Virus record (IMG/VR): IMGVR_UViG_3300025862_000001
Location: 1 to 55,862 of that record
Strand: one strand, 5' to 3'
DNA: 55,862 nt
Source of the DNA: a virus
Lineage: Duplodnaviria > Caudoviricetes
Part shown: one piece after another, positions 44,981-54,884 of the stretch
Numbering within the stretch: position 1 is the stretch's first letter
Layout of the letters: every line of letters starts with the position of its first letter
The notes under the pieces: model-generated
What the model was told of the DNA's origin: nothing
Database searches by the model: none
What the model saw: the letters and a program-made list of their open reading frames with translations, nothing else
Program-made: the position numbers and the translations under genes

Positions 44981-47462
44981 GCTCCGTGACGCTCAAGCGC
45001 TGCATAAGCTCGGCTGGCGCGTCGTAGCTGCTCCGCTCGCCGGCAAGTCACCTCTAAACTCGTGGAAGGGTGCGCAGACCGAACCGGCGACTTCGGCCGA
45101 GCTAAAGGAGGCGTTTGCGAAGGACAGAAACCTCTTCATCGTTACCGGAGCGATCAGCCGGCTAGCGGTGCTCGACTGTGACGACAAGCAAGCAGAGATC
45201 TACTGGCACGAGCGACTCGGAGACGTACTCGACGAAACGACCTGCGTTGCGACCGGCCGCGGGCGCCACTACTACTTTCGTTTAGCTGAGGGTGAGATCC
45301 ACAAAGGGAGATCGTCCCCCGGCGGAGATAGCGGCAAGTGGGACATACGCGCCGAGGCCGGCGGCGTGATTGCACCGCCTAGTGTTCACGCTGGAGGAAG
45401 AGTTTATAGGTGGGGCCAAGGCCGCGGCCCTGACGCCATACAAGACGCTCCAGAGGAGCTGTGGGCCGGTGAGAAGAAGGCGGAGGACAAGCTGAGCGGC
45501 CCATCCTCACTGCTCTCACACCTGCTAGCGAACCCGCCGGAGGAAGGCGCGCGAAATAACTGGCTGGCGCGAGTTGCGGGTCACTACGCCGTCGAACTCA
45601 AGCACCAAGACGCTTTCGAAGAGACCGTGCGCGGACTCGGGCAGAGTGTCGGACTTGAAGACGAGGAGATCAAGAAGCTAATCGCGTCAATCTGGAACGC
45701 CGAGCAAGCCAAGGAGGGCAAAGCCGCGCCAGAGGACGCGCCAGAGGGTGAGGGCGGAGACTGGCGCATCGGACAATGCACAGAATCCTCCGGCTACCTG
45801 ATGAGTGGCGACACACGCATCCTAACCCAGATTCGCGAACGTGACTCAGACGGCGGCTTTCAGATCGCGTTAGCGCCCTGGCTAGACGCAGACCTACGCG
45901 CGATCGGAATCTTCGAAATGCCAGACGAGACGCGACTCTACCACGTCGAGATCCGCACGCCCGGCAAAGTGTACGACGGCGACGTCGGATCGAAGACGCT
46001 AGGCGACTCACGCCAGCTAGTCCAGTGGCTTGCAAGCTTTGGCGTCAGCCTATCGGCGCCGGACGGGATCTTCCCCCGCGGTATGGCGTCAGGCGCTCGC
46101 CTCGTGCGCTACCTAGAGGCACAGCAGCCGCCCGTACAGCTAGCCGTCGCGGCACTGGGATGGCATGAGGAGTCAGCGGCGTTCATCACCCACGAAGGGC
46201 TCCTACGCGCCGACGGTTTCGCGCCGTTTGAGGCCGTTCGCCCCTCTCCGCGCGTAAAGCAGTGGGCACCGTACGTTTACGGCTTAGAGGGCGCCGAGCA
46301 CTCCGCACAGGCGGTGCTGTCCGAGGTGCTGACCTTCCACGATGAGCGCGTTGCGGCCATCTTCGGTGCGTGGTGGGCAGCCTGCCTACTCAAGCCGCAG
46401 ATCGCACACGAGTTCTCGCAGTTTCCATTTATGGCCTTGGAGGCGCCTTCAGAGAGCGGAAAGACAATTGGTTACTTTCCCTTGATGTTGGAATTGGCTG
46501 GCAATACCCAAGGGAACAGCAACCCCACACGCGCCGCGATGCGCGACTACCTCTCAGCTCATCGCTCCGGGATCGTGTGGGTCGATGACCTAGACAACCT
46601 AGACGCACTCGGAGAGCTTATCCGCGGCTCAACCGTCGGCGGGTCCGTGGTAAAGAAGGCGCTCAACCAGTCAGACCAAATCTCCGTTCGGCTTGAGGCT
46701 GCGCTGTGTGTCAGCGGTGAGTCGCTGGGCCTACACGGCCAGAAGGCGCTGCTCGACCGCAGCATAGGGCTGGAGGTGCCCTCGCCCGTCGGTAGGCGCT
46801 CCCTGCACGGCGACTACTCCCAGTTTCAGGACATCGTAGAGCTGAAACGCAAGCACCCGGCGCTGAGCGACTTCGCCGGCACGTACATGGTGCGTGCGCT
46901 AAAGCTAGTACCGGAAATACCCTCTAAGGCTCTCGATCTCCGAGAGGGCGACGGACGGTTGATGGACAAGCTCACAATCATGCGGCTCGGCTGCTGGGTT
47001 CTCCGTACGTTGATCGACCGCGATAGCAGCGATTGGATCGAACGCCACGTTGAGGGGTGGGTAGCTGAGCAGCGCGCAGATTACGACCCAACCGACAATA
47101 GCCTCACGATGCAGCTACTACCAGCCGCTATCAAGCGCCTGGGGCGCCCCGCACAGCCGCTCGGACCAGATACCAGTAGGTCTAGGCCAGCGAGCCCCGC
47201 ATTCGTGAGAGCGCACGAGAAAGACTTATGGTTCAACCCGACCACGCTCGCGGAATGGTGGAGCGACATCCACTATGGGCGAATCGACCAGCGCACCGCG
47301 TCCTCTGAAGCGCTCCGCCAGCAGGCAAAAGCGATTGGTGCTGGGGGAAAGAAGGGGACAGATCGTCGTTATTTCCCGTACTCGACCGGGTCTGGGGGAG
47401 CAAACTTTTGGCGTCTTCCAGACAAGATCGCCGCTCAGGTGCTCAAGCGCGCGGAGGAATAG
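44973..47462 (+). CDS. Bifunctional primase-polymerase with helicase-like domain
   Basis: VLDCD, TGRGRHYYF, DIRA.GGVIAPPS.H, RNN, APSESGKT. Confidence 0.9.
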   Translation: MAKLRDAQALHKLGWRVVAAPLAGKSPLNSWKGAQTEPATSAELKEAFAKDRNLFIVTGAISRLAVLDCDDKQAEIYWHERLGDVLDETTCVATGRGRHYYFRLAEGEIHKGRSSPGGDSGKWDIRAEAGGVIAPPSVHAGGRVYRWGQGRGPDAIQDAPEELWAGEKKAEDKLSGPSSLLSHLLANPPEEGARNNWLARVAGHYAVELKHQDAFEETVRGLGQSVGLEDEEIKKLIASIWNAEQAKEGKAAPEDAPEGEGGDWRIGQCTESSGYLMSGDTRILTQIRERDSDGGFQIALAPWLDADLRAIGIFEMPDETRLYHVEIRTPGKVYDGDVGSKTLGDSRQLVQWLASFGVSLSAPDGIFPRGMASGARLVRYLEAQQPPVQLAVAALGWHEESAAFITHEGLLRADGFAPFEAVRPSPRVKQWAPYVYGLEGAEHSAQAVLSEVLTFHDERVAAIFGAWWAACLLKPQIAHEFSQFPFMALEAPSESGKTIGYFPLMLELAGNTQGNSNPTRAAMRDYLSAHRSGIVWVDDLDNLDALGELIRGSTVGGSVVKKALNQSDQISVRLEAALCVSGESLGLHGQKALLDRSIGLEVPSPVGRRSLHGDYSQFQDIVELKRKHPALSDFAGTYMVRALKLVPEIPSKALDLREGDGRLMDKLTIMRLGCWVLRTLIDRDSSDWIERHVEGWVAEQRADYDPTDNSLTMQLLPAAIKRLGRPAQPLGPDTSRSRPASPAFVRAHEKDLWFNPTTLAEWWSDIHYGRIDQRTASSEALRQQAKAIGAGGKKGTDRRYFPYSTGSGGANFWRLPDKIAAQVLKRAEE

Positions 47463-47468
47463 CTGCCC

Positions 47469-47497
47469 TTGACAACCAGTCATCTATGACGTAAGCT
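47469..47497 (+). promoter_or_regulatory. Sigma70-type promoter
   Basis: TTGACA-N17-TAAGCT. Confidence 0.6.
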
Positions 47498-47527
47498 ATA
47501 TAGCACATACAACAAAGGAGGTTACTG

Positions 47528-48331
47528 ATGGATGTAGTAGCGACGCTGCGAGAGATCGCAGATCAACTAGAGGAGGCGACAGCAAGCGCCGATGTGTTCG
47601 TCTTCAACGACAGGGAAGGACCGGTTTCTGCTGCCCGGCACACGAACCCCAACGGTAGCGTAGGCGGGTGGGTCGCTGCAACTGCCACAGTAGCATCATC
47701 CGCGTGGGTGCTCGGTAACGCGCGGGTGTACGGTAACGCGTGGGTGCTCGGAGACGTGTGGGTGGACGGTAACGCGCAGGTGTACGGTAACGCGTGGGTG
47801 GACGGTAACGCGCAGGTGTACGGTAACGCGAAGGTGCTCGGTGACGCGGGGGTGGACGGTAACGCGAAGGTGCTCGGAGACGCGTGGGTGGACGGTAACG
47901 CGAAGGTGCTCGGAGACGCGTGGGTGGGTGGTAACGCGAAGGTGCTCGGAGACGCGTGGGTGGGTGGTAACGCGAAGGTGCTCGGAGACGTGTGGGTGTA
48001 CGGTAACGCGAAGGTGTTCGGAGACGCGTGGGTGGACGGTGACGCGAAGGTGTACGGTAACGCGCAGGTGTACGGTAACGCGTGGGTGCTCGGAGACGTG
48101 TGGGTGGACGGTGACGCGAAGGTGTACGGTAACGCGAAGGTGTACGGTAACGCGTGGGTGCTCGGTAACGCGCAGGTGCTCGGTGACGCGGGGGTGTACG
48201 ATGACGCGAAGGTGTACGGTAACGCGAAGGTGTACGGTAACGCGTGGGTGTACGGTAACGCGTGGGTGTACGGTAACGCGAAGGTGTACGGTAACGCGTG
48301 GGTGTACGGTGACGCGAAGGTGTCTCAATGA
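47528..48331 (+). CDS. Left-handed beta-helix (hexapeptide repeat) protein
   Basis: More than 30 G(N/D)A(W/K/Q)V(Y/L/D) repeats (18-nt DNA repeat); AAGGAGG RBS. Confidence 0.9.
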   Translation: MDVVATLREIADQLEEATASADVFVFNDREGPVSAARHTNPNGSVGGWVAATATVASSAWVLGNARVYGNAWVLGDVWVDGNAQVYGNAWVDGNAQVYGNAKVLGDAGVDGNAKVLGDAWVDGNAKVLGDAWVGGNAKVLGDAWVGGNAKVLGDVWVYGNAKVFGDAWVDGDAKVYGNAQVYGNAWVLGDVWVDGDAKVYGNAKVYGNAWVLGNAQVLGDAGVYDDAKVYGNAKVYGNAWVYGNAWVYGNAKVYGNAWVYGDAKVSQ

Positions 48332-48645
48332 CTACGTTCCCAACAGACCCAACCGGAGCTGAGTTGGAGATTGTCTATATAGAGCGAGGACGGCAAGCGC
48401 AGTTGAAGGCCGAGGGGCGCTTCAGATACACGCTCGCAGACAGGGAGATGCCAGAGCTCGCAAAGCTCGCCTGCATCATAGAGGAGGTTGGTGAGGTGGG
48501 TCGCGACGTGCTCGCAAGTGAGGGGCTTGTAACAGACGGGGACACATCTCTAGTAGCACTGCACAAGGAGCTGTGTCAGGTCGCTGCTCTGTCGGTCGCG
48601 TGGATGGAGTACCTGACGTTGCTGATGGATTCGGGGCTGGTATGA
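48328..48645 (+). CDS. MazG-like nucleotide pyrophosphohydrolase
   Basis: EEVGEV...KEL.QVAA..VAW. Confidence 0.8.
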   Translation: MTTFPTDPTGAELEIVYIERGRQAQLKAEGRFRYTLADREMPELAKLACIIEEVGEVGRDVLASEGLVTDGDTSLVALHKELCQVAALSVAWMEYLTLLMDSGLV

Positions 48646-49514
48646 GTACGCACGTGGTTTCTTATAGTGAGTTGGATGCGATACGTCAATGTAAGTTGAA
48701 GAGTTATTTGAGCTATCAGGAGCGGTGGCAGCCTGAGACAATCAGCGCAGCGCTGTCGCGCGGCAAGCTCTTTCATAGCGTGATGGAGGCTTACTACAGC
48801 ACAAAAGTCGCAACGCATGATGGTGGTGGGGTAATGCAGACCGGAGACCCGTACGCAATACTTGACGCAGCCGACGAAAACGAGGAGACCGAGCTAGTGC
48901 GCTGGATGTTCGATGGCTACATAGAGCAATGGGGGGATGACTCGCAGTGGGAGATACTAGCGGTCGAGCAGCGAGTAGAGGATTGGCTGCGGACACCTAA
49001 CGGGCGGAGGTCTACATTCAAGCTCAAGGGCATCGTAGACCTGCTCGTACGCGATCACTCAGCCGGCGGCGGACTGTGGATCGTAGACCATAAGACGTGC
49101 TCCGAACTCCCGAAGCAGAAGGCGCTCGACTTCGATGACCAGTTCGGGATATATATGTGGTTGTTGAAACGGCAAGGGCACGACATCAGAGGCGTGATAT
49201 ACAACGCTTGCCGAACCAAAAAACTGAAGCGTGATATGTCGCTCGACGAGCGCTTCCGACGCGAGTACACGGTCCGAACAGACCGTGAGTTGGAGACGAT
49301 GGCTGGCGAGGCGCTCCAGACGTTTAGGTCGGCGTATAGGGGACATGTTAGGGGGGCAAAGGGGGGGGACATACTGCCGCCGCGCTCGCCGGATCCGGAC
49401 AGATGTGGTTGGCGATGCCCCTTTACGGAGTCCTGTCTGATGAGTCGGAAGGGGAGCGACATCCGCGAGCTGCTGACCGAAACCGGCTTCACACAGTCGT
49501 ACGAGAGGCACTAA
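48642..49514 (+). CDS. PD-(D/E)XK (Cas4/RecB-like) exonuclease
   Basis: SYSEL...C, G..FH, VE, GIVD, IVDHKT, Q..IY, C.W.CPF..C. Confidence 0.9.
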   Translation: MSTHVVSYSELDAIRQCKLKSYLSYQERWQPETISAALSRGKLFHSVMEAYYSTKVATHDGGGVMQTGDPYAILDAADENEETELVRWMFDGYIEQWGDDSQWEILAVEQRVEDWLRTPNGRRSTFKLKGIVDLLVRDHSAGGGLWIVDHKTCSELPKQKALDFDDQFGIYMWLLKRQGHDIRGVIYNACRTKKLKRDMSLDERFRREYTVRTDRELETMAGEALQTFRSAYRGHVRGAKGGDILPPRSPDPDRCGWRCPFTESCLMSRKGSDIRELLTETGFTQSYERH

Positions 49515-49829
49515 ATGTCTTTATCGGGCGTTTACATTCAAACGGCGCGAGGACTAAAGAAGAGCAGAGATCCGCAGGGTCGTGCGATGAATCAAGTAGC
49601 GCGTGCAATCAAGGAAGGAGAGCTAGCGAGACCCAACATTTGTGATAACTGCGGAGATGCAGATTGGTGGCGTTTGCAGGGAAAAACCGTAAGAATATCA
49701 GCGCATCACACCGACTATAGAAAGCCTCTCGATGTTGAGTGGTTGTGTGATCCTTGCCATAGAGCAGCGGACAAGGAGAGGCGTCAGAAAGAACAGAAAG
49801 ACGTGGATCAGTGGTATGTCCCCCAGTAA
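49515..49829 (+). CDS. HNH endonuclease
   Basis: CDNCG, AHHTDY.KPLDVEWLCDPCH. Confidence 0.88.
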   Translation: MSLSGVYIQTARGLKKSRDPQGRAMNQVARAIKEGELARPNICDNCGDADWWRLQGKTVRISAHHTDYRKPLDVEWLCDPCHRAADKERRQKEQKDVDQWYVPQ

Positions 49830-50143
49830 GCCGAATTCGCGTTTTTCTGTCCCCATACAGACCCATACATAATATAGAGTTTGTCCCCATTTGTCCCCAT
49901 GTCCCCCATCAAAATACTATAACGTGAGAATCTTGCTTGTAGTAGTATATAATCATTAGATATTACTACAAGTAGCTTTTACCTACGTAGACGAGCATAT
50001 CTGCCAAGAAGGGGGACACAATCACGAAATCCCTGCAAATCAGCACTTTATAGGGGGACAATTTTATGATTCATTTTGATGCGCAGGGGGACACCCCTAA
50101 CGAATCCCCCGCAAATCATGGGTTTTAGAGGGGACACCCCTAA
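49817..50143 (+). other. Putative replication origin with inverted iterons
   Basis: AT-rich intergenic region; 5x TGTCCCC then 4x GGGGACA around a central palindrome. Confidence 0.7.
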
Positions 50144-50154
50144 AGGAGATTGAA

Positions 50155-50511
50155 ATGGAAGAGCTCAAACGAGAGTACGAAACCATCGCGTACGATGGTG
50201 AGCAAGTCACGGTTGAGATTCCTCGCCAAGAGATCCTACGGCGCCTCAAGCAAGCTCAGAAGTCTCAAGAGAAAGAAGCTAAACGTCAGGCACGAGAAGA
50301 GGTAGCGCTGAAGCCGCGAATCCTGAGAGCTTTGAAAGAACACCCTGACGGCCTAAACAAGTCGCAGGTCTACCTTCATGTCGGGTGCTACCCTTCCGGC
50401 GGCTCTCTCGCGCTAGCTCAGCTAGAGCAAGCAGGTAAGCTCAGCTTCGAGCAGCGATCAGGTGTCGGAAAAGCTATCATCTGCCGACTAACGGAGGACA
50501 CGAATGTTTGA
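50155..50511 (+). CDS. Winged-helix DNA-binding protein
   Basis: IL.ALKEHPDGLNKSQV...L.QLEQAG; AAGGAG RBS. Confidence 0.7.
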   Translation: MEELKREYETIAYDGEQVTVEIPRQEILRRLKQAQKSQEKEAKRQAREEVALKPRILRALKEHPDGLNKSQVYLHVGCYPSGGSLALAQLEQAGKLSFEQRSGVGKAIICRLTEDTNV

Positions 50512-50731
50512 GCACAGAGAGCAGAAGCGACCCAAAGACTGTGAAACGCTGCTGAAGCCGCTCGGATCGGGGTGGGGGAACACAAGCGAACTAGCCCGCC
50601 AGCTAGGCTGGTCCCGGCGACGAGTACGCAACGCCATACGCGCCATGCGAGCCGACGTAGACCATGAACGAAAGATCGGCGCGCACGGAGTAGAAGAAGA
50701 CCGCTGGATACTCAAAGATGCGCTGAGATGA
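50504..50731 (+). CDS. HTH DNA-binding protein
   Basis: TSELARQLGWSRRRVRNAI. Confidence 0.75.
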   Translation: MFEHREQKRPKDCETLLKPLGSGWGNTSELARQLGWSRRRVRNAIRAMRADVDHERKIGAHGVEEDRWILKDALR

Positions 50732-51387
50732 AGCCATACTACGAGGACGAGCACGTAACCATATTCTGCGCCGACTGGCACGATGCCGCCGCGGAGTTGA
50801 AGGCGCTCCCGATCGACGCGGTAGTTACAGACCCTCCGTACGGGATTGGAGCTGATACGACACAGGCGCTCCGAGCAAACGTGCAAGGCGGAGCGGCGTT
50901 GGCCGCCAGCATTGATTACGGAGCCACCGACTGGGATCAGGAGCCGCCAACACCGGAGGACTTCAGACAGCTTCTCAAACTTAGCAAGCAGCACATCTTT
51001 TGGGGCGGGAACTACTTCGTGCTCCCGCCGCAATCAGGTTGGCTCGTGTGGGACAAGGAGACAGGAGCAAACACGTACGCTGACTGTGAGCTAGCATGGA
51101 CCGATCTACCGATGGCGGTGCGACTCATAAAACATGAGTGGAAGGGAATGTTCAAGAAGAATCGCAAGGAAGAACGCTTCCACCCGACACAGAAGCCACT
51201 AGAAGTTATGCTCTGGACGCTGAAATTTCTAGCTGACGACACTCGCATGGTCTGTGACCCTTACATGGGGAGCGGCACAACTCTACGCGCCGCGAAGGAT
51301 TTAGGAATGCGTGCTGTCGGTGTAGAGCGTGAAGAGAAGTACTGCGAGGTAGCGGCCAGGCGCCTTGGGCAAGGTAATCTTTTCTGA
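50728..51387 (+). CDS. N4/N6 DNA methyltransferase (beta class)
   Basis: TDPPYG, WGGNYF, HPTQKP, DPYMGSGTT. Confidence 0.95.
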   Translation: MKPYYEDEHVTIFCADWHDAAAELKALPIDAVVTDPPYGIGADTTQALRANVQGGAALAASIDYGATDWDQEPPTPEDFRQLLKLSKQHIFWGGNYFVLPPQSGWLVWDKETGANTYADCELAWTDLPMAVRLIKHEWKGMFKKNRKEERFHPTQKPLEVMLWTLKFLADDTRMVCDPYMGSGTTLRAAKDLGMRAVGVEREEKYCEVAARRLGQGNLF

Positions 51388-51398
51388 GGAGGTACGGA

Positions 51399-52070
51399 AT
51401 GAATATCATTGAAGGCGACTGTTTAGAAGTAATGCAGAAGATGGAGGCTGAAAGCGTTGACGCCGTAATCACCGACCCGCCGTACGGCATGGCCTACCAA
51501 TCGAACTATCGAACTGCCACGCCACAGTTCGACGCAATCGACAACGATGCAGTCTTTGACCCAGAGTGGCAGTTAGCGTGGATGAAGCAGTGCTATCGAC
51601 TGCTGAAGAACGACAGGCACTTCTACGCCTTCTGCAACGACTTACACCTTGGTGAGTTCAGGTCAACTTGTGCAGAGGCAGGCTTCACGGTAAAGCGCAC
51701 AATCGTTTGGGTGAAGGATGCGTCAGGGATGGGGGACCTCACCGGGGACTATGCTCATTTCACTGAGTTTTGTGTGTTCGCACATAAGGGCACACGTGAT
51801 CTCATGAATGGGCGCCCGTCAAATGTCATCGAGGCCCGTCGTGTAGCTCCAGGACAGATGGTTCACCCAACCGAGAAGCCGATCCGTGTACTGCGACCGC
51901 TGATCACCAACAGCACTGAGGTAGGCGAGACGATCCTAGACCCATTCGCCGGATCAGGCTCGCTGGGAGTCGCAGCTAAAGAAGAGAACCGCGAGGTGGT
52001 GCTCATCGAGAAAGAGAAAAAGTACGTGGAGATAATTGAGGGCCGACTCGCGCAGGGTAAGCTATTCTAA
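51399..52070 (+). CDS. N4/N6 DNA methyltransferase (beta class)
   Basis: TDPPYG, HPTEKP, DPFAGSG. Confidence 0.95.
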   Translation: MNIIEGDCLEVMQKMEAESVDAVITDPPYGMAYQSNYRTATPQFDAIDNDAVFDPEWQLAWMKQCYRLLKNDRHFYAFCNDLHLGEFRSTCAEAGFTVKRTIVWVKDASGMGDLTGDYAHFTEFCVFAHKGTRDLMNGRPSNVIEARRVAPGQMVHPTEKPIRVLRPLITNSTEVGETILDPFAGSGSLGVAAKEENREVVLIEKEKKYVEIIEGRLAQGKLF

Positions 52071-53917
52071 TGGAACAGAAGTACGACTGGGAGGGACTAG
52101 CGGCCGCTGACGTAGTAGCTGTGGACTGCGAGAGCAACGGATTATTTCCAGATGACGGAGCGCGCGTCTCGTGCGTAGCCTGCGCCTGGGAGGGCGGGAG
52201 CCTCGCGTTACCCTTCGATCAAGGTGACCGCGACAAGGAAGAGAAACAAACGGGTCAGTTCACTTTCGAGGACACCGAAGAGGACCCTAATCTCGACGAG
52301 CACGAGTGGAAACAGCTGCTGTGGTTACTCCGCAGCAAACGACTCGTGTTCCACAATGCCGGCTTCGATCTGATTATGCTCGCAGCCGGAACCCGACATT
52401 GGAAAGGGGCCGATTTAGGTGACATGCTCCATTGGGACACGATGATCGCGCACCGCATACTCAGACCCAACAGCTCAGCCGGACTAGACAACGCCGCACG
52501 AGAGCTAGGAGTAGGAGGAAAGCAAGGATTAGATGAGGTAAAGGATTGGCTACGAACAGCGAAAAAGCCGAAGGGACGCTACGACCTAGCGCCCTGGCAT
52601 GTTATTGAGCCGTATGTGCGAGGGGACGCTGAGACAACACTGGCGCTGTACGAAGAACAGGTACGCCACTTCAAGGAGGATCCAGCCATCGAGCGAGAGC
52701 GTCGCCTGCGAGAGTGCCGGCGCGAGTTCGACCTAGCGGTGGTGCTGATGAGAATGGAGCAGCGCGGGCTAGGCTACGACGCCGAGCGATCCCTGTTGGC
52801 AGCTGAGGAGATGGAACAAAAGTGCGCTGACATTGTCGCGCGCCTACCCTTCAAACTAACGCCAGCCGGCGCCAGAGGATACTTTCTAGAGCAAGGGCTA
52901 ACAGTTGACCGCACGACCCCAAAGGGAGCCCCGTCGATCGACAAAGAGCAGATCCGCGACTGGGCAGAGGAAGGCGCCCAGTGGGCTGCCGAGTACCGCG
53001 ATGCAACCAAAGCCAAACGCGCAGCCTCAATGTGGTATCGGGGATATGCAGAGAAGCTCGGGGAGGACGGGAGGCTCCGGTGCCGCTACCGACAAACGAA
53101 GCAACGAGATGACGGTGGTGATAGTGGATCAAGGGCAGGGCGGCTGTCGGCCGAGCGCGTAAACCTGCAAGCAATGCCCAAAGGCGACAAGATCGAGGAG
53201 GGGATGGTCGGCGTTCGGGAACTGCTACTCGCTAAGAAGGGATGCAGTTTGATTTCGCTGGACATGTCACAGGCCGAGCTTCGGTGCGCCGCAAAGTACA
53301 GTGAGTGTGAGAAGATGCTGACGATGCTAAACGAGGGAGTTGACTTCCACGGCAAAGCAACCGAAGACGTAATGCACGTAGGGCGCGACCATCCCGAATG
53401 GAAGCTCAAGCGAGACATCGGTAAGAAGCTGACCTTCGGCGCGATCTTCGGTATCGGCGGTGAGAGCTTTCAAGCACTACTCACACGGGAAACAGACCTT
53501 CAACTAGAGGTAGCGGAGTGTGACCGTTTGGTTGCAGACTGGCGTCGAACATATCCCGAGATCATGGCCGCTTACAGGCGAGCCGAGCGCGTGTTCCGTG
53601 AGCGTGGATACGTGAGAATACTGCCAGGGACCGAGTACGAGAGCAAGTCGTATCTCGCTGACGGGGATTGGCCGCATACCGGGTGGAACCGAATGGTGCA
53701 AGGGTCGCTGGCAGCGTGGCTCCGGTTGTGGTTAGTTGAAATCGAGCGCGAGGTGCCAGGCGCACTCGTACTGACCGTACATGATAGTGTGGTGCTTGAG
53801 CTCCCTAAACGCACCGCGAAAAAAACAGCTCAAAAGGTGGCTGATAAAGCCGCCGAGCGAGCAAGTGCCTTATTCGATACTCCGATGACTGTGGATCTGG
53901 AGGTGTACGTGAAATGA
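52070..53917 (+). CDS. Family A DNA polymerase with 3'-5' exonuclease domain
   Basis: DCE, FHNAGFD, Y..GD, GRLS, DMSQAELR, R..GK..TFG, VHDS. Confidence 0.95.
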   Translation: MEQKYDWEGLAAADVVAVDCESNGLFPDDGARVSCVACAWEGGSLALPFDQGDRDKEEKQTGQFTFEDTEEDPNLDEHEWKQLLWLLRSKRLVFHNAGFDLIMLAAGTRHWKGADLGDMLHWDTMIAHRILRPNSSAGLDNAARELGVGGKQGLDEVKDWLRTAKKPKGRYDLAPWHVIEPYVRGDAETTLALYEEQVRHFKEDPAIERERRLRECRREFDLAVVLMRMEQRGLGYDAERSLLAAEEMEQKCADIVARLPFKLTPAGARGYFLEQGLTVDRTTPKGAPSIDKEQIRDWAEEGAQWAAEYRDATKAKRAASMWYRGYAEKLGEDGRLRCRYRQTKQRDDGGDSGSRAGRLSAERVNLQAMPKGDKIEEGMVGVRELLLAKKGCSLISLDMSQAELRCAAKYSECEKMLTMLNEGVDFHGKATEDVMHVGRDHPEWKLKRDIGKKLTFGAIFGIGGESFQALLTRETDLQLEVAECDRLVADWRRTYPEIMAAYRRAERVFRERGYVRILPGTEYESKSYLADGDWPHTGWNRMVQGSLAAWLRLWLVEIEREVPGALVLTVHDSVVLELPKRTAKKTAQKVADKAAERASALFDTPMTVDLEVYVK

Positions 53918-54333
53918 AATGCGTTATCGCAGTAGATCCCGGGGGAGCGCACGTAGGCGTCGCGACCTGGCATGGGGGAGAGGAGATCGACGCTACAGAG
54001 ATCGATGCCGAGATGTGGTTGCCTCTATTTAGGCGGATGATAAAGAGCGCCGACGTAGTGATAATCGAGAAGTTTGTCCTATATCCAGGAAAGGCTTCAG
54101 CGCAATCATGGTCTCCAATGACGACGAGTGAAATGATCGGGGCGATGCGCTGGATAGCGGCCGAGGCAACGGTGGAAGTCGTAATGCAAGGTGCTGACAT
54201 CAAGAACCCAACACGCCGGCAATGCAAGGCGCGACACATTCAGTGGAAGGACAATAAGAGCGGACACGCTTCTGACGCTCTCTTACATCTCCAATACTAC
54301 TTGACCCGAAACGAACTACAGGAGGTAGTATGA
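53914..54333 (+). CDS. RuvC-like Holliday junction resolvase
   Basis: IAVDPG, VIIEKF, H..DA..H. Confidence 0.8.
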   Translation: MKCVIAVDPGGAHVGVATWHGGEEIDATEIDAEMWLPLFRRMIKSADVVIIEKFVLYPGKASAQSWSPMTTSEMIGAMRWIAAEATVEVVMQGADIKNPTRRQCKARHIQWKDNKSGHASDALLHLQYYLTRNELQEVV

Positions 54334-54884
54334 AGTCGGAGTACGACACATGTCCGCGATGCAAAGGGCGAAAGCTCGTGCGGTCGCGGCTGTGCGTACA
54401 TTGCAAAGACGCGGGCGCTGCAAGCAACGCTTGGAAAGGAGGCAAGCCGCCGTGTCCTCGCTGTGGTGGTCCGAAGTTTAGATCGTCTAAACAATGCAGA
54501 AAATGTGGGGGCACAAAATACGATGACGAGCAGCACCTAACCGCAGCAGAGAAGATGCGTGCGTATCGACAGACCCCAAAAGGTGCCGCGGTTATTCGAA
54601 ACGCGAACCTCAAATCTACGCACGGTATAACTGTGCTAGAGTACGACGCGATGGTTGAGGCGCAGGGCGGCGTATGCGCTGCCTGCAATCTCCCCGAGAC
54701 ACATCGCAACCAGCACGGACCTGTACGACTTGCAGTAGATCACAACCACGAAACAGGAGCTATTCGCGGGCTACTATGCCAGCGATGTAATACCTCTCTA
54801 GGGCTCCTATCCGATTCACCCGAGCGGATTCGTGGTTTACTTCTATACCTAGAGAACCAGGAGGTGATGCCTTATGCCCAGTAA
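54330..54884 (+). CDS. Endonuclease VII-family homing endonuclease
   Basis: Q.GVCAAC, LAVDHNH.TG.IRGLLCQRCN. Confidence 0.92.
   Translation: MKSEYDTCPRCKGRKLVRSRLCVHCKDAGAASNAWKGGKPPCPRCGGPKFRSSKQCRKCGGTKYDDEQHLTAAEKMRAYRQTPKGAAVIRNANLKSTHGITVLEYDAMVEAQGGVCAACNLPETHRNQHGPVRLAVDHNHETGAIRGLLCQRCNTSLGLLSDSPERIRGLLLYLENQEVMPYAQ

Noticed and set aside
47696-48362. Long alternative-frame and antisense ORFs over the hexapeptide gene
   Set aside because: Stop-free shadows of the 18-nt repeat
48642-49514. Cas4 as part of a CRISPR adaptation module
   Set aside because: Standalone phage exonuclease in the replication region; no cas1/cas2
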